From Limnohabitans sp. (GTDB lineage Bacteria; Pseudomonadota; Gammaproteobacteria; Burkholderiales; Burkholderiaceae_C), in contig NZ_JAYPVP010000002.1 of assembly GCF_038134685.1 (NCBI RefSeq), positions 37,089-101,088 on the forward strand: a DNA stretch of 64,000 nt. The letters are read 5' to 3'. Position 1 is the stretch's first letter; every line of letters begins with the position of its first letter. Below are positions 39,796-49,170 of the stretch, piece after piece. The notes below the pieces were generated by a model. The model saw only the letters and a program-made list of their open reading frames with translations. It did not search any database and had not been told where the DNA came from. The position numbers were made by a program, and so were the translations under genes.

Positions 39796-41694
39796 TTAAC
39801 CGCGACGCTTGGGGGCGTGAGGCTTGAAGCCGCCGCCGACCACTTTGGGGCCACGGCTGGGGCGATCGCCGAAGCGGTCGTTGCCGCCAGCGCGGGCTTG
39901 GGCGCCACGCGGCGCGTGTTGGGGCTTGTCGGAGCCACCACCAAAGCCACCACGGGGCGCGCGGTCGTCGCGGCGCTCGAAGCGTTGCTCGCCGGGGAGG
40001 CCAAAGCCACGGTCCTGGCCGCGGTCGTTGCCACGACGTGGGTCGTTGTTCCAGCCGCCCTGGCCCTGCTCAAAGCGAGGGTCGTGACGAGCCTCAAAGC
40101 GGGGCTCCTGGCGAGCGCCGAAACGATCGCCACCAAAGCGGTCACCGCCACGGAAGTCGTTGCCGCGTTGTTCGTTGTTGCGGTTGCCCCAGCCTTTGGC
40201 TTGGCCGCCAAAGCCGCGGTCACCACCGCCAAAGCCGCCACGCTCGCTGCGGCCACCTTTGCCGCCCTTGCCGCCAAAAGATTTGCGCGCAGGGTAGTCA
40301 AAGCGTTGCTTGGGTTCCAGGCCGGGAATGGTTTCGGCCTTGAAGGGTTGCTTGGTGTAGTGCTCGATATCGCCAATCTTGCGGCGGTCGCGGATTTCGG
40401 CAAAGGTCACGGCTAGGCCTGAGCGGCCAGCGCGGCCAGTGCGGCCGATGCGGTGGGTGTAGTCCTCGGCCTTCATGGGCAGGCCGAAGTTGAACACGTG
40501 TGTGATGGTGGGCACGTCAATACCGCGCGCGGCCACATCGGTGGCCACCAAAATTTGCACCTGGCCGTTGCGCAGCGCCATCAGGCGGCGGTTGCGCAGG
40601 CCCTGGCTCAGGGCGCCGTGCAGGGCCACGGCGGCAAAACCAGCCTGCTGCAGTTCGGTGGCCAGGCCGTCGCACTCGATCTGGGTGCTGGCAAACACAA
40701 TGGCCTGGTCGATGGACGCATCGCGCAGCCAGTGGTCGAGCAGCTGGCGCTTGTGCTCGGCGTTGTCGGCCCAGAACAGCACCTGCTTGATGTTGGCGTG
40801 TTTCTCCTGCGGGCTGTCGATCTGCACCTTGTGCACGCCCGAGCCACCGTCGTGCATGACGCGCATGGCCAGCTGCTGAATGCGCGGCGCAAAGGTGGCA
40901 GAGAACATCATGGTCTGGCGGCGTTGAGCCGTCAGGTCGTTGATTTCGGCCAGGTCATCGGAGAAGCCCAGGTCCAGCATGCGGTCGGCTTCGTCGACCA
41001 CCAGGAACTGCACTTCATTGAGCTTGATCTGCATCGAGCGCTGCAGGTCCAGCAGGCGGCCCGGCGTGGCCACCACCAGGTTGGCGTTTTGCAGTTTGGC
41101 AATTTGCAGCTGGTAAGGAATGCCGCCCACCACGTTGGCAATACGCAGGCCTTTGCAGTGTTTGACCAGCTCGATGGCGTCGTGCGCCACCTGTTGCGCC
41201 AGTTCACGCGTGGGGCACAGCACCAGGGCGCCGGGCACGGCGGCCTTGAAGTTGCGCGGGTTGGTGGGGTCTTTACGGCGGGCGCGCTTGGGCGGCTCTT
41301 CGCCACGGGCGATAGCGTCGGCGCAGGCCTGGTCGAAATCGGCCTTGGCTTTGGCGTCGGCAGCGGCTTGCTGCGCAATCAGGGTGTGCAGTACGGGCAG
41401 CAGGAAGGCGGCGGTCTTGCCGCTGCCGGTCTGGCTGGAGACCATCAGATCGTTGTAGCCGTGATGTTCCTGGTCATCGGCGGGCAGGGCCAGCGGGATG
41501 GTGCGCGATTGCACGGCGGTCGGCTGGGTGTAGCCCAGATCGGCTACGGCCTGGACGAGCTCGTTGGCCAAGCCCAGTTGAACGAAGCCGTTAGGTTCGT
41601 TGGACTCGGTGGCTTGGACCACTTCGGGTGTATCGATGGAAAGGTCTTGCGCAGGCACGTGCTCGGCCTGCAGGTCGGTGATTTGTTCAGTCAT
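39796..41694 (-). CDS. DEAD-box ATP-dependent RNA helicase with long C-terminal RGG/FG-rich tail
   Basis: ORF 39796..41712 (GTG); ATG 41694 preferred. Motifs SQTGSGKTAAF, VVDEADRMLD, FSAT, HRIGRTGRAG. The last ~180 aa are low-complexity Gly/Arg/Phe/Asp repeats. Confidence 0.9.
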   Translation of the reverse strand: MTEQITDLQAEHVPAQDLSIDTPEVVQATESNEPNGFVQLGLANELVQAVADLGYTQPTAVQSRTIPLALPADDQEHHGYNDLMVSSQTGSGKTAAFLLPVLHTLIAQQAAADAKAKADFDQACADAIARGEEPPKRARRKDPTNPRNFKAAVPGALVLCPTRELAQQVAHDAIELVKHCKGLRIANVVGGIPYQLQIAKLQNANLVVATPGRLLDLQRSMQIKLNEVQFLVVDEADRMLDLGFSDDLAEINDLTAQRRQTMMFSATFAPRIQQLAMRVMHDGGSGVHKVQIDSPQEKHANIKQVLFWADNAEHKRQLLDHWLRDASIDQAIVFASTQIECDGLATELQQAGFAAVALHGALSQGLRNRRLMALRNGQVQILVATDVAARGIDVPTITHVFNFGLPMKAEDYTHRIGRTGRAGRSGLAVTFAEIRDRRKIGDIEHYTKQPFKAETIPGLEPKQRFDYPARKSFGGKGGKGGRSERGGFGGGDRGFGGQAKGWGNRNNEQRGNDFRGGDRFGGDRFGARQEPRFEARHDPRFEQGQGGWNNDPRRGNDRGQDRGFGLPGEQRFERRDDRAPRGGFGGGSDKPQHAPRGAQARAGGNDRFGDRPSRGPKVVGGGFKPHAPKRRG

Positions 41695-41853
41695 GAATAA
41701 CTCGCACGGCACTGCAGCGGGTGGCTGCAGGCACCGTCAGGTTGAAAACAACATCAACCTTCAAACGGTGCTCAGCGAAGGCGTGAAGCCTGGTTCGCGA
41801 GTGACCCGAATTCAGACGCAAGCGTCATGGGCCAAGGCATGAGGGGAGATGCA

Positions 41854-41879
41854 AGAAAAACGCCACCGCTGGGGTGGCG
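41854..41879 (-). terminator. intrinsic terminator after orn
   Basis: Minus strand: CGCCACC-ccagc-GGTGGCG followed by TTTTTCTTGC. Confidence 0.7.
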
Positions 41880-41929
41880 TGGCGCAATTATCGCACGGAT
41901 CGGATTTTTGTGCAGGGTTTTCCCTGAAA

Positions 41930-42511
41930 TCACAAACGAATGAACTGCTCGCGGTAGTGTTCGAGCTCGTCAATGGACTCGTGCACATCGGCCAGCGCGG
42001 TGTGGCGTTGCTTCTTTTTGAAGGCTGAGTACACCTCGGGCTTCCAGCGGCGCGAGAGCTCTTTGAGCGTGCTCACATCCAGGTTGCGGTAGTGAAAGTA
42101 CGCCTCCAGCTTGGGCATGAACTTGACCAGAAAGCGGCGGTCCTGGCTGATGGTGTTGCCGCACAGCGGCGAAGCGCTCTTGGGCACGTACTTCTTGATG
42201 AAGTCCAACAGCTGTTGCTCGGCGTCGGCCTCGGAGGTGGTGCTGGCTTTGACCTTGTCGATCAGGCCGCTGCGGCCGTGGGTGCCTTTGTTCCAGGCGT
42301 CCATCTTGCCCAGCAGCTCGTCGCTTTGGTGAATGACCAGCACCGGGCCTTCGATGCGCGGCGTCAGCTGCGGGCCGGTGACGATGACGGCGATTTCCAG
42401 CAGGCGCTCTTTTTCAGGGTCGAGCCCGGTCATTTCGCAGTCGATCCAGACCAGGTTTTGGTCGGACTTGGCGAGTGTTTCTGGAGCAGGGGATGCGTTG
42501 ACTTCAGACAT
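41930..42511 (-). CDS. orn: oligoribonuclease
   Basis: The 500-aa ORF-track entry is an upstream run-on. The conserved protein starts at ATG 42511 (MSEVNASP...[26 protein letters not shown]...[14 protein letters not shown]), 193 aa. Confidence 0.93.
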   Translation of the reverse strand: MSEVNASPAPETLAKSDQNLVWIDCEMTGLDPEKERLLEIAVIVTGPQLTPRIEGPVLVIHQSDELLGKMDAWNKGTHGRSGLIDKVKASTTSEADAEQQLLDFIKKYVPKSASPLCGNTISQDRRFLVKFMPKLEAYFHYRNLDVSTLKELSRRWKPEVYSAFKKKQRHTALADVHESIDELEHYREQFIRL

Positions 42512-42565
42512 GGGGGAATTGTCGCCGAAGAAAACCGAATGCCTGGGGCTTTTACAATTTCCCCC

Positions 42566-43825
42566 ATGAATCCTTCTTTGTTGTTGACGGTGGCGCTGGC
42601 TGCGGTGCTGGTGCTGCATGTGCTTCTCAAGCTTTGGCTCAATGCTCGCCAGGTGCGGCATGTGGCTGCGCATCGGGCGCAGGTGCCTGCGGCGTATGCG
42701 GGCACCATTGGCCTGGCTGACCACCAGAAGGCGGCTGATTACACGCTGGCCAAGGCGCGGCTGGCACAGTGGGATATTTTGCTGGACGCTGCACTGGTAC
42801 TGGGCTGGACCTTGCTGGGTGGTTTGCAAGCTTTGCAGACCGTGGTGCAAAGCCTGGTGTCGCCGGGCTTGATGCAGCAGGTGGCGCTGGTGCTGGGTTT
42901 TGCTTTGGTGGGTGGTGTGCTGGCCTTGCCCTTGTCGTGGGTGCAGACCTTTGGTGTGGAGCAGCGGTTTGGTTTCAACAACATGACGCCCGCGCTGTGG
43001 CTGACGGATTTGGCCAAGGGGCTGGCGCTGGGCCTGGTGCTGGGTGTGCCTTTGCTGGCATTGGTGCTGTGGCTCATGCAAGCCGGGGGCAGCCTGTGGT
43101 GGCTGTGGGCCTGGGGCGCGCTGGTGTTGTGGCAGCTGGTGCTGATGGCGATTGCGCCCAATGTGATCATGCCGCTGTTCAACAAGTTTTCGCCTTTGGA
43201 GGACGAGGCCCTCAAGGCCCGTGTGCAGGCGCTCATGGCGCGTGCAGGTTTCAAGGCCAAGGGCTTTTTTGTGATGGACGGTAGCCGCCGCTCGGCGCAT
43301 TCCAATGCGTTTTTTACCGGCTTTGGTGCCAGCAAGCGTGTGGTGTTTTTTGACACATTGCTCAAGCAGTTGAGCATGGCTGAAATGGAAGCTGTGCTGG
43401 CCCATGAGTTGGGGCACTTCAAGCACAAGCACATTGTCAAAATGATGGTCACGTCGTGGCTGACCAGCCTGCTGGGCTTGGCGCTGCTGGGGTGGCTGGC
43501 GCAGCAGGTGTGGTTTTATACGGGGCTGGGCGTATTGCCTGATATTCAGGGCGGCAACGATCCGTTGGCGTTGGTGCTGTTCATGCTGGTGGTGCCTTTG
43601 GTGACGTTTTTTGCTTCGCCCATATTGTCGTGGCGTTCACGCCAGCAGGAGTTTGAGGCCGATGCTTACGCGGCCTCGCTAACACCTTCCAAAGACCTGG
43701 CCAGTGCCTTGCTCAAGCTCTACCAGGACAACGCATCCACCCTCACGCCCGATCCGCTGTATGTGCGTTTTTATTATTCGCACCCCCCGGCCAGTGAGCG
43801 CCTGGCGCGCATGCAGGCGGCCTGA
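42566..43825 (+). CDS. M48 family metallopeptidase (Ste24/HtpX-like)
   Basis: ORF 42092..43825; start moved to ATG 42566 ([21 protein letters not shown]...). [10 protein letters not shown] zinc motif. Multi-TM N-terminal half. Confidence 0.88.
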   Translation: MNPSLLLTVALAAVLVLHVLLKLWLNARQVRHVAAHRAQVPAAYAGTIGLADHQKAADYTLAKARLAQWDILLDAALVLGWTLLGGLQALQTVVQSLVSPGLMQQVALVLGFALVGGVLALPLSWVQTFGVEQRFGFNNMTPALWLTDLAKGLALGLVLGVPLLALVLWLMQAGGSLWWLWAWGALVLWQLVLMAIAPNVIMPLFNKFSPLEDEALKARVQALMARAGFKAKGFFVMDGSRRSAHSNAFFTGFGASKRVVFFDTLLKQLSMAEMEAVLAHELGHFKHKHIVKMMVTSWLTSLLGLALLGWLAQQVWFYTGLGVLPDIQGGNDPLALVLFMLVVPLVTFFASPILSWRSRQQEFEADAYAASLTPSKDLASALLKLYQDNASTLTPDPLYVRFYYSHPPASERLARMQAA

Positions 43826-43831
43826 GGCAGT

Positions 43832-44794
43832 ATGGCCAAGAAACTTTTGCAAACTGCCGCCACGATTGCCTTGCAGCAGGCGCTGGTGGTGGGCTCGTTC
43901 GGGCGGCATTGCCTGATTGAAACAGACGATGGTCAGCGCCTGATTGCCTATCCGCGTGGCAAGAAAAACCAGGCGGTGGTTGGCGACCGCGTGCAGTGGG
44001 TCGCCACGGGCGACGAGGCCAGCATTGAGGGTGTGGTGCCCCGGCGCAACTTGTTTTACAGGCAGGATGAGATTCGTACCAAATCGTTTGCGGCCAACCT
44101 GGACCGGGTGCTGATTTTGGTTGCGGCCGAGCCCGAGTTTTCTGAAAGCCAGTTGGCACGCGCTTTGGTGGCCGCTGAAGCCGAGCACATTGTGCCGATC
44201 ATTGCCTTGAACAAGTGCGACTTGCGCGAGCAGTTTGAACGCGCCTGGCAACGTTTGGCGCCGTATCGCCGCATGGGCTACCAGGTGTTGCCATTGGGTT
44301 TGGCGCCGCGCAGCGATGATGTGGCTGAAGACGGCGTGGCCGCGCTTGTGCAGGCGCTCTCTGGGCACCATACCCTGGTGTTGGGCCCTTCGGGTTCCGG
44401 CAAAAGCACCTTGATCAACCGCCTGGTGCCTGATGCGCAAGCTGAAACGGGCGAGATTTCGCAAGCCCTCAACTCGGGCAAACACACCACCACCAGCACC
44501 CGCTGGTATTGGGTGCCTGCGCTGGATGCAGGTGCCGAGCGTGGCGCCTTGATCGACTCACCAGGATTTCAGGAGTTTGGCTTGCACCACATCGAACCGA
44601 CCATGCTGGCCCAATGCATGCCGGACTTTCGAACCTACCTGGGGCAATGCAAGTTCTATAACTGTACGCATCTGCATGAGCCCGGTTGTGCTGTATTGCC
44701 CCATGTGGGCACTCAGCAGGACGACCGCATCAGCGAGCGGCGTCACAGCATTTACGCACAGCTCTTTGAAGAGCTCAGTCAACAGCGCTGGTAA
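43832..44794 (+). CDS. rsgA: ribosome small subunit-dependent GTPase A
   Basis: 320 aa. NKCDL, GPSGSGKSTLINRL, and zinc knuckle CKFYNCTHLHEPGCAV. Confidence 0.92.
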   Translation: MAKKLLQTAATIALQQALVVGSFGRHCLIETDDGQRLIAYPRGKKNQAVVGDRVQWVATGDEASIEGVVPRRNLFYRQDEIRTKSFAANLDRVLILVAAEPEFSESQLARALVAAEAEHIVPIIALNKCDLREQFERAWQRLAPYRRMGYQVLPLGLAPRSDDVAEDGVAALVQALSGHHTLVLGPSGSGKSTLINRLVPDAQAETGEISQALNSGKHTTTSTRWYWVPALDAGAERGALIDSPGFQEFGLHHIEPTMLAQCMPDFRTYLGQCKFYNCTHLHEPGCAVLPHVGTQQDDRISERRHSIYAQLFEELSQQRW

Positions 44795-44800
44795 GGACGG

Positions 44801-45730
44801 TCAGCCCAGCAAGTTGGCCATGCTCAGCAAAGCCAGCAGTGCCAGCCACATGATCACCGAGCGCCAGACCAAACCCACCACTTGTGCAAAATGCGCCAAG
44901 GTGACATGGTGACCCGGTGTGCTGGCGCTGTCTTGTTTGTCGGGAGCATCGGTATGGAGGTCTGCTCCGCCAAGTTGAACATTGATCGCGCCTGCTGTAG
45001 CCGCCAAGACCACGCCATCGTTGTCTTGCGGAAATTTCTGTGCGTGAAAGCGCCAGCCGTCCATGACTTCTTCGAAATTACCCACAACGGCAAAGCCCAA
45101 TGCTGTGGCGCGGGCGGGCAACCAGTCCACCACCCGCCAAGCCTGACGGGAGATCGCTTGCAGTGCGGGATTGTCCTGACTCCAGCTCCGAGGCAAGGCG
45201 GCAGCCAGACGGTAAATGACAGCACCCAAAGGCCCCAGACCAACGATGGCCAGCACGCTGTACCAGAAGAACACTCCGAAAACATGTCGGTGCGCGGCCA
45301 GTACGGATTGTTCGATCACGTGTCTCATGATTTCGTTGCGTGAAATCTGACCCACGCCTACATGTTGCCACTCGGCCAGCAACTCTCGGGCTTTCTGCTC
45401 GTCGCCCATATTGAGGGCTTCGCGAATGTCCGTAAAGTGGTGACTGAACTGGCGAAAGCCCAAGGTCAGGTACAACAGTGCCACATTCCAGGTCATGGCT
45501 GCAAGCCAGCCCAGGGTGTGCAGCAAGGCGCTGTGTACAAACCAGGCCGCCAGAGCGGGCAGCAGTACAGTCAGCCACCAGGCCAGCCAGGCTTGCCGGG
45601 GGTGACCGGTGTCCAAGGTGCGGGCCATCCATTGCATCCACTCACGCATGAACTGGTTGAGCGCATGGCTGGGAGACAGGGGCCGGATTTGTTCGGCAAT
45701 CAGGGCGAGCAGTATGGCGAAGAAACTCAT
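44801..45730 (-). CDS. CobD/CbiB family membrane protein (AmpE-like)
   Basis: 309 aa, MSFFAILLALIAEQIRPLSP...; multi-TM. Family assignment from overall resemblance, not verified. ATGA overlap with the upstream Nudix gene. Confidence 0.65.
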   Translation of the reverse strand: MSFFAILLALIAEQIRPLSPSHALNQFMREWMQWMARTLDTGHPRQAWLAWWLTVLLPALAAWFVHSALLHTLGWLAAMTWNVALLYLTLGFRQFSHHFTDIREALNMGDEQKARELLAEWQHVGVGQISRNEIMRHVIEQSVLAAHRHVFGVFFWYSVLAIVGLGPLGAVIYRLAAALPRSWSQDNPALQAISRQAWRVVDWLPARATALGFAVVGNFEEVMDGWRFHAQKFPQDNDGVVLAATAGAINVQLGGADLHTDAPDKQDSASTPGHHVTLAHFAQVVGLVWRSVIMWLALLALLSMANLLG

Positions 45731-46440
45731 GCGCTGTTCGAAGGCAAGGGGGCTTGCAAAAAACGGTACAGATTGCGAAGCATACCCGCTGTGGCGCCCC
45801 AGATGAAGCGCTCAATGGCCTGCGGCCGAGCGGGTTGCAAGTAGGGCATGGAGTACCACTGGCGTATCACGCCTTCAAATTCCATCTGGTGCAATCGATG
45901 ATGAGCGGGGTTCATCAAGTAGCTCAATGGGACTTCAAAGACCTCGTCAACTTCCTGCGGATTGGGCGCAAGGGCCTCACCACTTTGGACCAGGGCCACA
46001 ACAGGCTGTACCCAAAAAGCACTGCCGGTGATGTAGGTCGGCAGCTGACCGATCACCTGTACACGCTCCGGGTCAAGGCCAATTTCTTCGTGCGCTTCGC
46101 GCAAGGCGGCAGCTTGTGCATTGGCATCGTTGTCGTCTACCTTGCCGCCAGGAAAAGCAATTTGACCAGAGTGGGTGGACAGGTGCTTGCCCCGTAGTGT
46201 CAGCAGCACATGCAGTTCATCATGGGCATGCGCTGGTGTGGTCAGTCCAATCAGTACAGCCGCTTGTGCGCTCGGGCGTTGCATATAGCTGGGCTCGCGG
46301 CGCAGCTCGGGCTCCCAGTCGGGTTGAATGGCGAACCGATGGCGCAGCGCTTGGGCGGTGAGTTGGCTGGCGTCGATGGCGGGCAATTCGGTACTGACAT
46401 GTACAACTGGGACGCTTTGGGGGTGAATGATGGTGCTCAC
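45727..46440 (-). CDS. CoA pyrophosphatase-type Nudix hydrolase (NudL-like)
   Basis: Nudix box GGKVDDNDANAQAAALREAHEEIGL. The ORF-track start 46740 would overlap apaH and its promoter. I use in-frame GTG 46440 ((M)STIIHPQSVPVV...). Start uncertain. Confidence 0.8.
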   Translation of the reverse strand: MSTIIHPQSVPVVHVSTELPAIDASQLTAQALRHRFAIQPDWEPELRREPSYMQRPSAQAAVLIGLTTPAHAHDELHVLLTLRGKHLSTHSGQIAFPGGKVDDNDANAQAAALREAHEEIGLDPERVQVIGQLPTYITGSAFWVQPVVALVQSGEALAPNPQEVDEVFEVPLSYLMNPAHHRLHQMEFEGVIRQWYSMPYLQPARPQAIERFIWGATAGMLRNLYRFLQAPLPSNSA

Positions 46441-46518
46441 GGCCCGTTTATAGCAGCAGCTGCCAGCATTCGGTGTCACCTGAGGCTGCGACAATGCGAG
46501 CCATGAGGAGTGATGTGC

Positions 46519-47349
46519 ATGGCAGTCTATCTGGTGGGCGACATTCAGGGATGTGACGAGGCTTTGACTCGTTTGCTGCAGGCCGTGGATTTTTCGCCGA
46601 GCCGTGATCATTTGATCGGGCTGGGTGATTTGGTCAACAGGGGGCCGAACTCCCTGGCCGTGTTGCGTCGCTTTGTCGCGTGGGAGGGCAGCGCCGATGC
46701 CGTACTGGGCAATCACGACTTGCATGCCTTGGCTGTGCATGCAGGTGTACGCCGTTCCAGTCGGATGGATACCTTGGGCGAGCTGCTTGAGGCCGACGAC
46801 GCCTTACCCTTGATGCGTTGGCTGCAGGACAGACCCCTTGCGATGCATACGCATGGGATGCTGTTGGTGCACGCCGGGGTGCTGCCGCAGTGGACGCTCC
46901 AGCAGGTGATGACATTGGCTCAAGAGGTACAACAGGTCCTGCGCGGACCTGATTTGACGAATTTCCTGGCGCAGATGTATGGCAACACGCCTGATACTTG
47001 GGACGAGAATTTGCAGGGGACCCAGCGCTGGCGCGTGGTCGTCAATGCGCTGACGCGCTTGCGGTTCTGCACGGTGCAAGGGCGCATGGAATTCGACAGC
47101 AAAGAGGGGGCGGACGGCGCGCCCGAGGGTTTTTTGCCCTGGTTTGAGGTGCCTGGCAGACAAACTTCTCAGGTGGATGTGGCCTTTGGCCATTGGTCCA
47201 CCTTGGGCGAGGTTTCAACGGCCCACGTTTGGGCATTGGATACGGGTTGTGTCTGGGGTGGGCAATTGACTGTGCTCAGGGTGTCTGCAGACGGGCGGCA
47301 TGAGCGCATTGCCGTTGATTGCCCACAAGCCCAAAAGCCTGGGCGCTGA
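46519..47349 (+). CDS. apaH: symmetrical bis(5'-nucleosyl)-tetraphosphatase
   Basis: MAVYLVGDIQGCDEALTRLL...GDLVNRGPNS...GNHD metallophosphatase motifs. Start at ATG 46519 (the ORF begins at GTG 46510). Confidence 0.9.
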   Translation: MAVYLVGDIQGCDEALTRLLQAVDFSPSRDHLIGLGDLVNRGPNSLAVLRRFVAWEGSADAVLGNHDLHALAVHAGVRRSSRMDTLGELLEADDALPLMRWLQDRPLAMHTHGMLLVHAGVLPQWTLQQVMTLAQEVQQVLRGPDLTNFLAQMYGNTPDTWDENLQGTQRWRVVVNALTRLRFCTVQGRMEFDSKEGADGAPEGFLPWFEVPGRQTSQVDVAFGHWSTLGEVSTAHVWALDTGCVWGGQLTVLRVSADGRHERIAVDCPQAQKPGR

Positions 47350-47367
47350 ACTTGGCACAATAAGAAC

Positions 47368-48696
47368 ATGGATCTGCTATTGATTGTTTTTCTGACGCTG
47401 CTCAACGGCGTGTTTGCCATGTCGGAAATGGCCGTTGCGTCGAGCCGCAAGGTTCGCTTGCAGGCCCTGCAAGAGGCAGGTGAGCATGGCGCTGCTGCTG
47501 CGCTGGGCCTGATGCAGGAGCCCACCCGATTTTTGTCTACGGTGCAGGTCGGCATTACCTCCATTGGCATGCTCAATGGCATTGTGGGCGAAGCTGCGTT
47601 CAGCGGCGCGCTTGCCTTGAAGTTACAGGTCTGGGGCGTGAGCAGTGCAGTAGCGGGTGGGTTGGCGACGGCGATTGTGGTGACCTTGATCACCTTTACC
47701 ACCATCATTTTTGGTGAGTTGGTACCCAAGCGTATCGGGCAGCTTTACCCGGAGACCGTGGCACGCCTGACAGCTGTGCCCATGGCCTGGCTGGCGCGTG
47801 TTGCGGGGCCGTTTGTGAAGCTGCTGTCTTTGTCCACGCAAACCATATTGGGCCTGATGCGGATAGACACCAAAGCCCAGCGACAGGTGACCGAAGAGGA
47901 AATCACTGCCAGCCTGGAGGAGGGCGTGGATGCTGGCTTGATTGAAGCGCACGAGCATCAGATGGTGCGCAATGTGTTTCATCTGGATGACCGGCCTTTG
48001 ACTTCCATGATGACGGCTCGTGCCGATATTGTCTGGCTCGACGCAGATCTCAATGTGGCCACTGCATTAAAGAAAATCCAGTCTGAAATACAGGCTTACG
48101 GCGCGCACTCCTGGTACCCGGTATGCAAGGAGGGGCTGACTCATGTGGTCGGGGTGGTCAGCGTGATTCGTTTGCTGGGTGTGCCAGACCATGAGCTCTC
48201 ATTGCAGACTTATATGGAGCCAGCGCATTTTGTCCCCGAAACCTTGACGGGCATGGAATTGATGGAACAACTCAAAGATCGCTCGGGGCGAATGTTGTTC
48301 GTGGTCGATGAATATGGCGATATTCAGGGCCTGTTAACCCCTCGCGATTTACTGGAGGCCATTACTGGCGAGCTCAAACCCGCGCAGCAGCTGGAAGGCT
48401 GGGCGACGCAACGCGCCGATGGGAGCTGGTTGCTGGATGGGCAAATGCCTCTGTCTGAACTTAAGAGCCGCTTGCAGATCAAGGCTTTGCCTGATGAGGA
48501 TCGAGGACGCTATAACACTGTGGCTGGCCTGATCATGTATTTGCTGGGAGATTTACCAATCACAGGGCAAACTGCATATTGGCATGAATGGTCATTTGAA
48601 GTGGTCGATATGGATGCGCGCAGGATCGATAAGGTTTTGGCTTTTTGCACCAGACCATTAACTGAAAATCATATTAAAAATGAAAAAAGCCTATAA
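47368..48696 (+). CDS. CNNM/HlyC-CorC family transporter (DUF21-CBS-CorC_HlyC)
   Basis: 442 aa, MDLLLIVFLTLLNGVFAMSEMAVASSRK...; CBS pair and CorC C-domain (...FEVVDMDARRIDKVL). The last ~15 codons are AT-rich. Confidence 0.88.
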   Translation: MDLLLIVFLTLLNGVFAMSEMAVASSRKVRLQALQEAGEHGAAAALGLMQEPTRFLSTVQVGITSIGMLNGIVGEAAFSGALALKLQVWGVSSAVAGGLATAIVVTLITFTTIIFGELVPKRIGQLYPETVARLTAVPMAWLARVAGPFVKLLSLSTQTILGLMRIDTKAQRQVTEEEITASLEEGVDAGLIEAHEHQMVRNVFHLDDRPLTSMMTARADIVWLDADLNVATALKKIQSEIQAYGAHSWYPVCKEGLTHVVGVVSVIRLLGVPDHELSLQTYMEPAHFVPETLTGMELMEQLKDRSGRMLFVVDEYGDIQGLLTPRDLLEAITGELKPAQQLEGWATQRADGSWLLDGQMPLSELKSRLQIKALPDEDRGRYNTVAGLIMYLLGDLPITGQTAYWHEWSFEVVDMDARRIDKVLAFCTRPLTENHIKNEKSL

Positions 48697-48730
48697 TACG
48701 GGCATATTATTCAATTGAAAGGTTCAGATC

Positions 48731-49030
48731 ATGACCAATTCCTACAAAGATTTGCTCGCCCAGCGTGAAGCCTTGGAAAAAGCCATTGAGCAAGCTCGCC
48801 AGAATGAAATTGCCGGTGCTGTTACCAAGGTGCGCGAGCTGGTGGCTGAATACGGTCTGACCGTTCAGGACGTGTTCCCTGGTCGTGCTGGCAAATCGGC
48901 GGCCAAGTCTTCGGGTGGCAAGGTTGCGGCCAAATACCGTGATCCGGCCACCGGTCAGACCTGGACGGGTCGCGGCAAAGCGCCCAAATGGATTGACGGC
49001 AAAGACCGCAGCGCTTTTCTGATCGCCTGA
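48731..49030 (+). CDS. hns: H-NS family nucleoid-associated protein
   Basis: 99 aa. N-terminal coiled-coil-like region and C-terminal DNA-binding motif YRDPATGQTWTGRGKAPKWI. AT-rich surroundings; TATAAT at 48692-48697. Confidence 0.85.
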   Translation: MTNSYKDLLAQREALEKAIEQARQNEIAGAVTKVRELVAEYGLTVQDVFPGRAGKSAAKSSGGKVAAKYRDPATGQTWTGRGKAPKWIDGKDRSAFLIA

Positions 49031-49097
49031 AGTTATTGCGAGCGTTGCGTGCCCATCTTGCAGATGGGCTCACTTCATTCCTCATAACAGTCAACGT

Positions 49098-49127
49098 AAA
49101 GCCCCATTTTGGGGCTTTTCTGCTTTT
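49098..49127 (+). terminator. intrinsic terminator after hns
   Basis: AAAGCCCC-atttt-GGGGCTTT followed by TCTGCTTTT. A second hairpin GCCCATCT-tgc-AGATGGGC lies at about 49051-49069. Confidence 0.7.
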
Positions 49128-49170
49128 GGGCCAGCGAGGTCATTTATAATGTGACAAATTCTAGAAAACA

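Noticed and set aside
39663-40416. Ala/Val/Thr-rich ORFs (246 aa minus strand, 199 aa plus strand) over the helicase tail
   Set aside because: They are alternative-frame and antisense readings of the GGN/CGN-rich repeat that encodes the RGG tail, so they are low-complexity artefacts.
41930-43432. 500-aa ORF-track entry containing orn
   Set aside because: Only the last 193 residues resemble oligoribonuclease. The upstream 307 codons run antisense through the M48 protease gene and are Gln/His/Arg-rich nonsense. The true start is ATG 42511.
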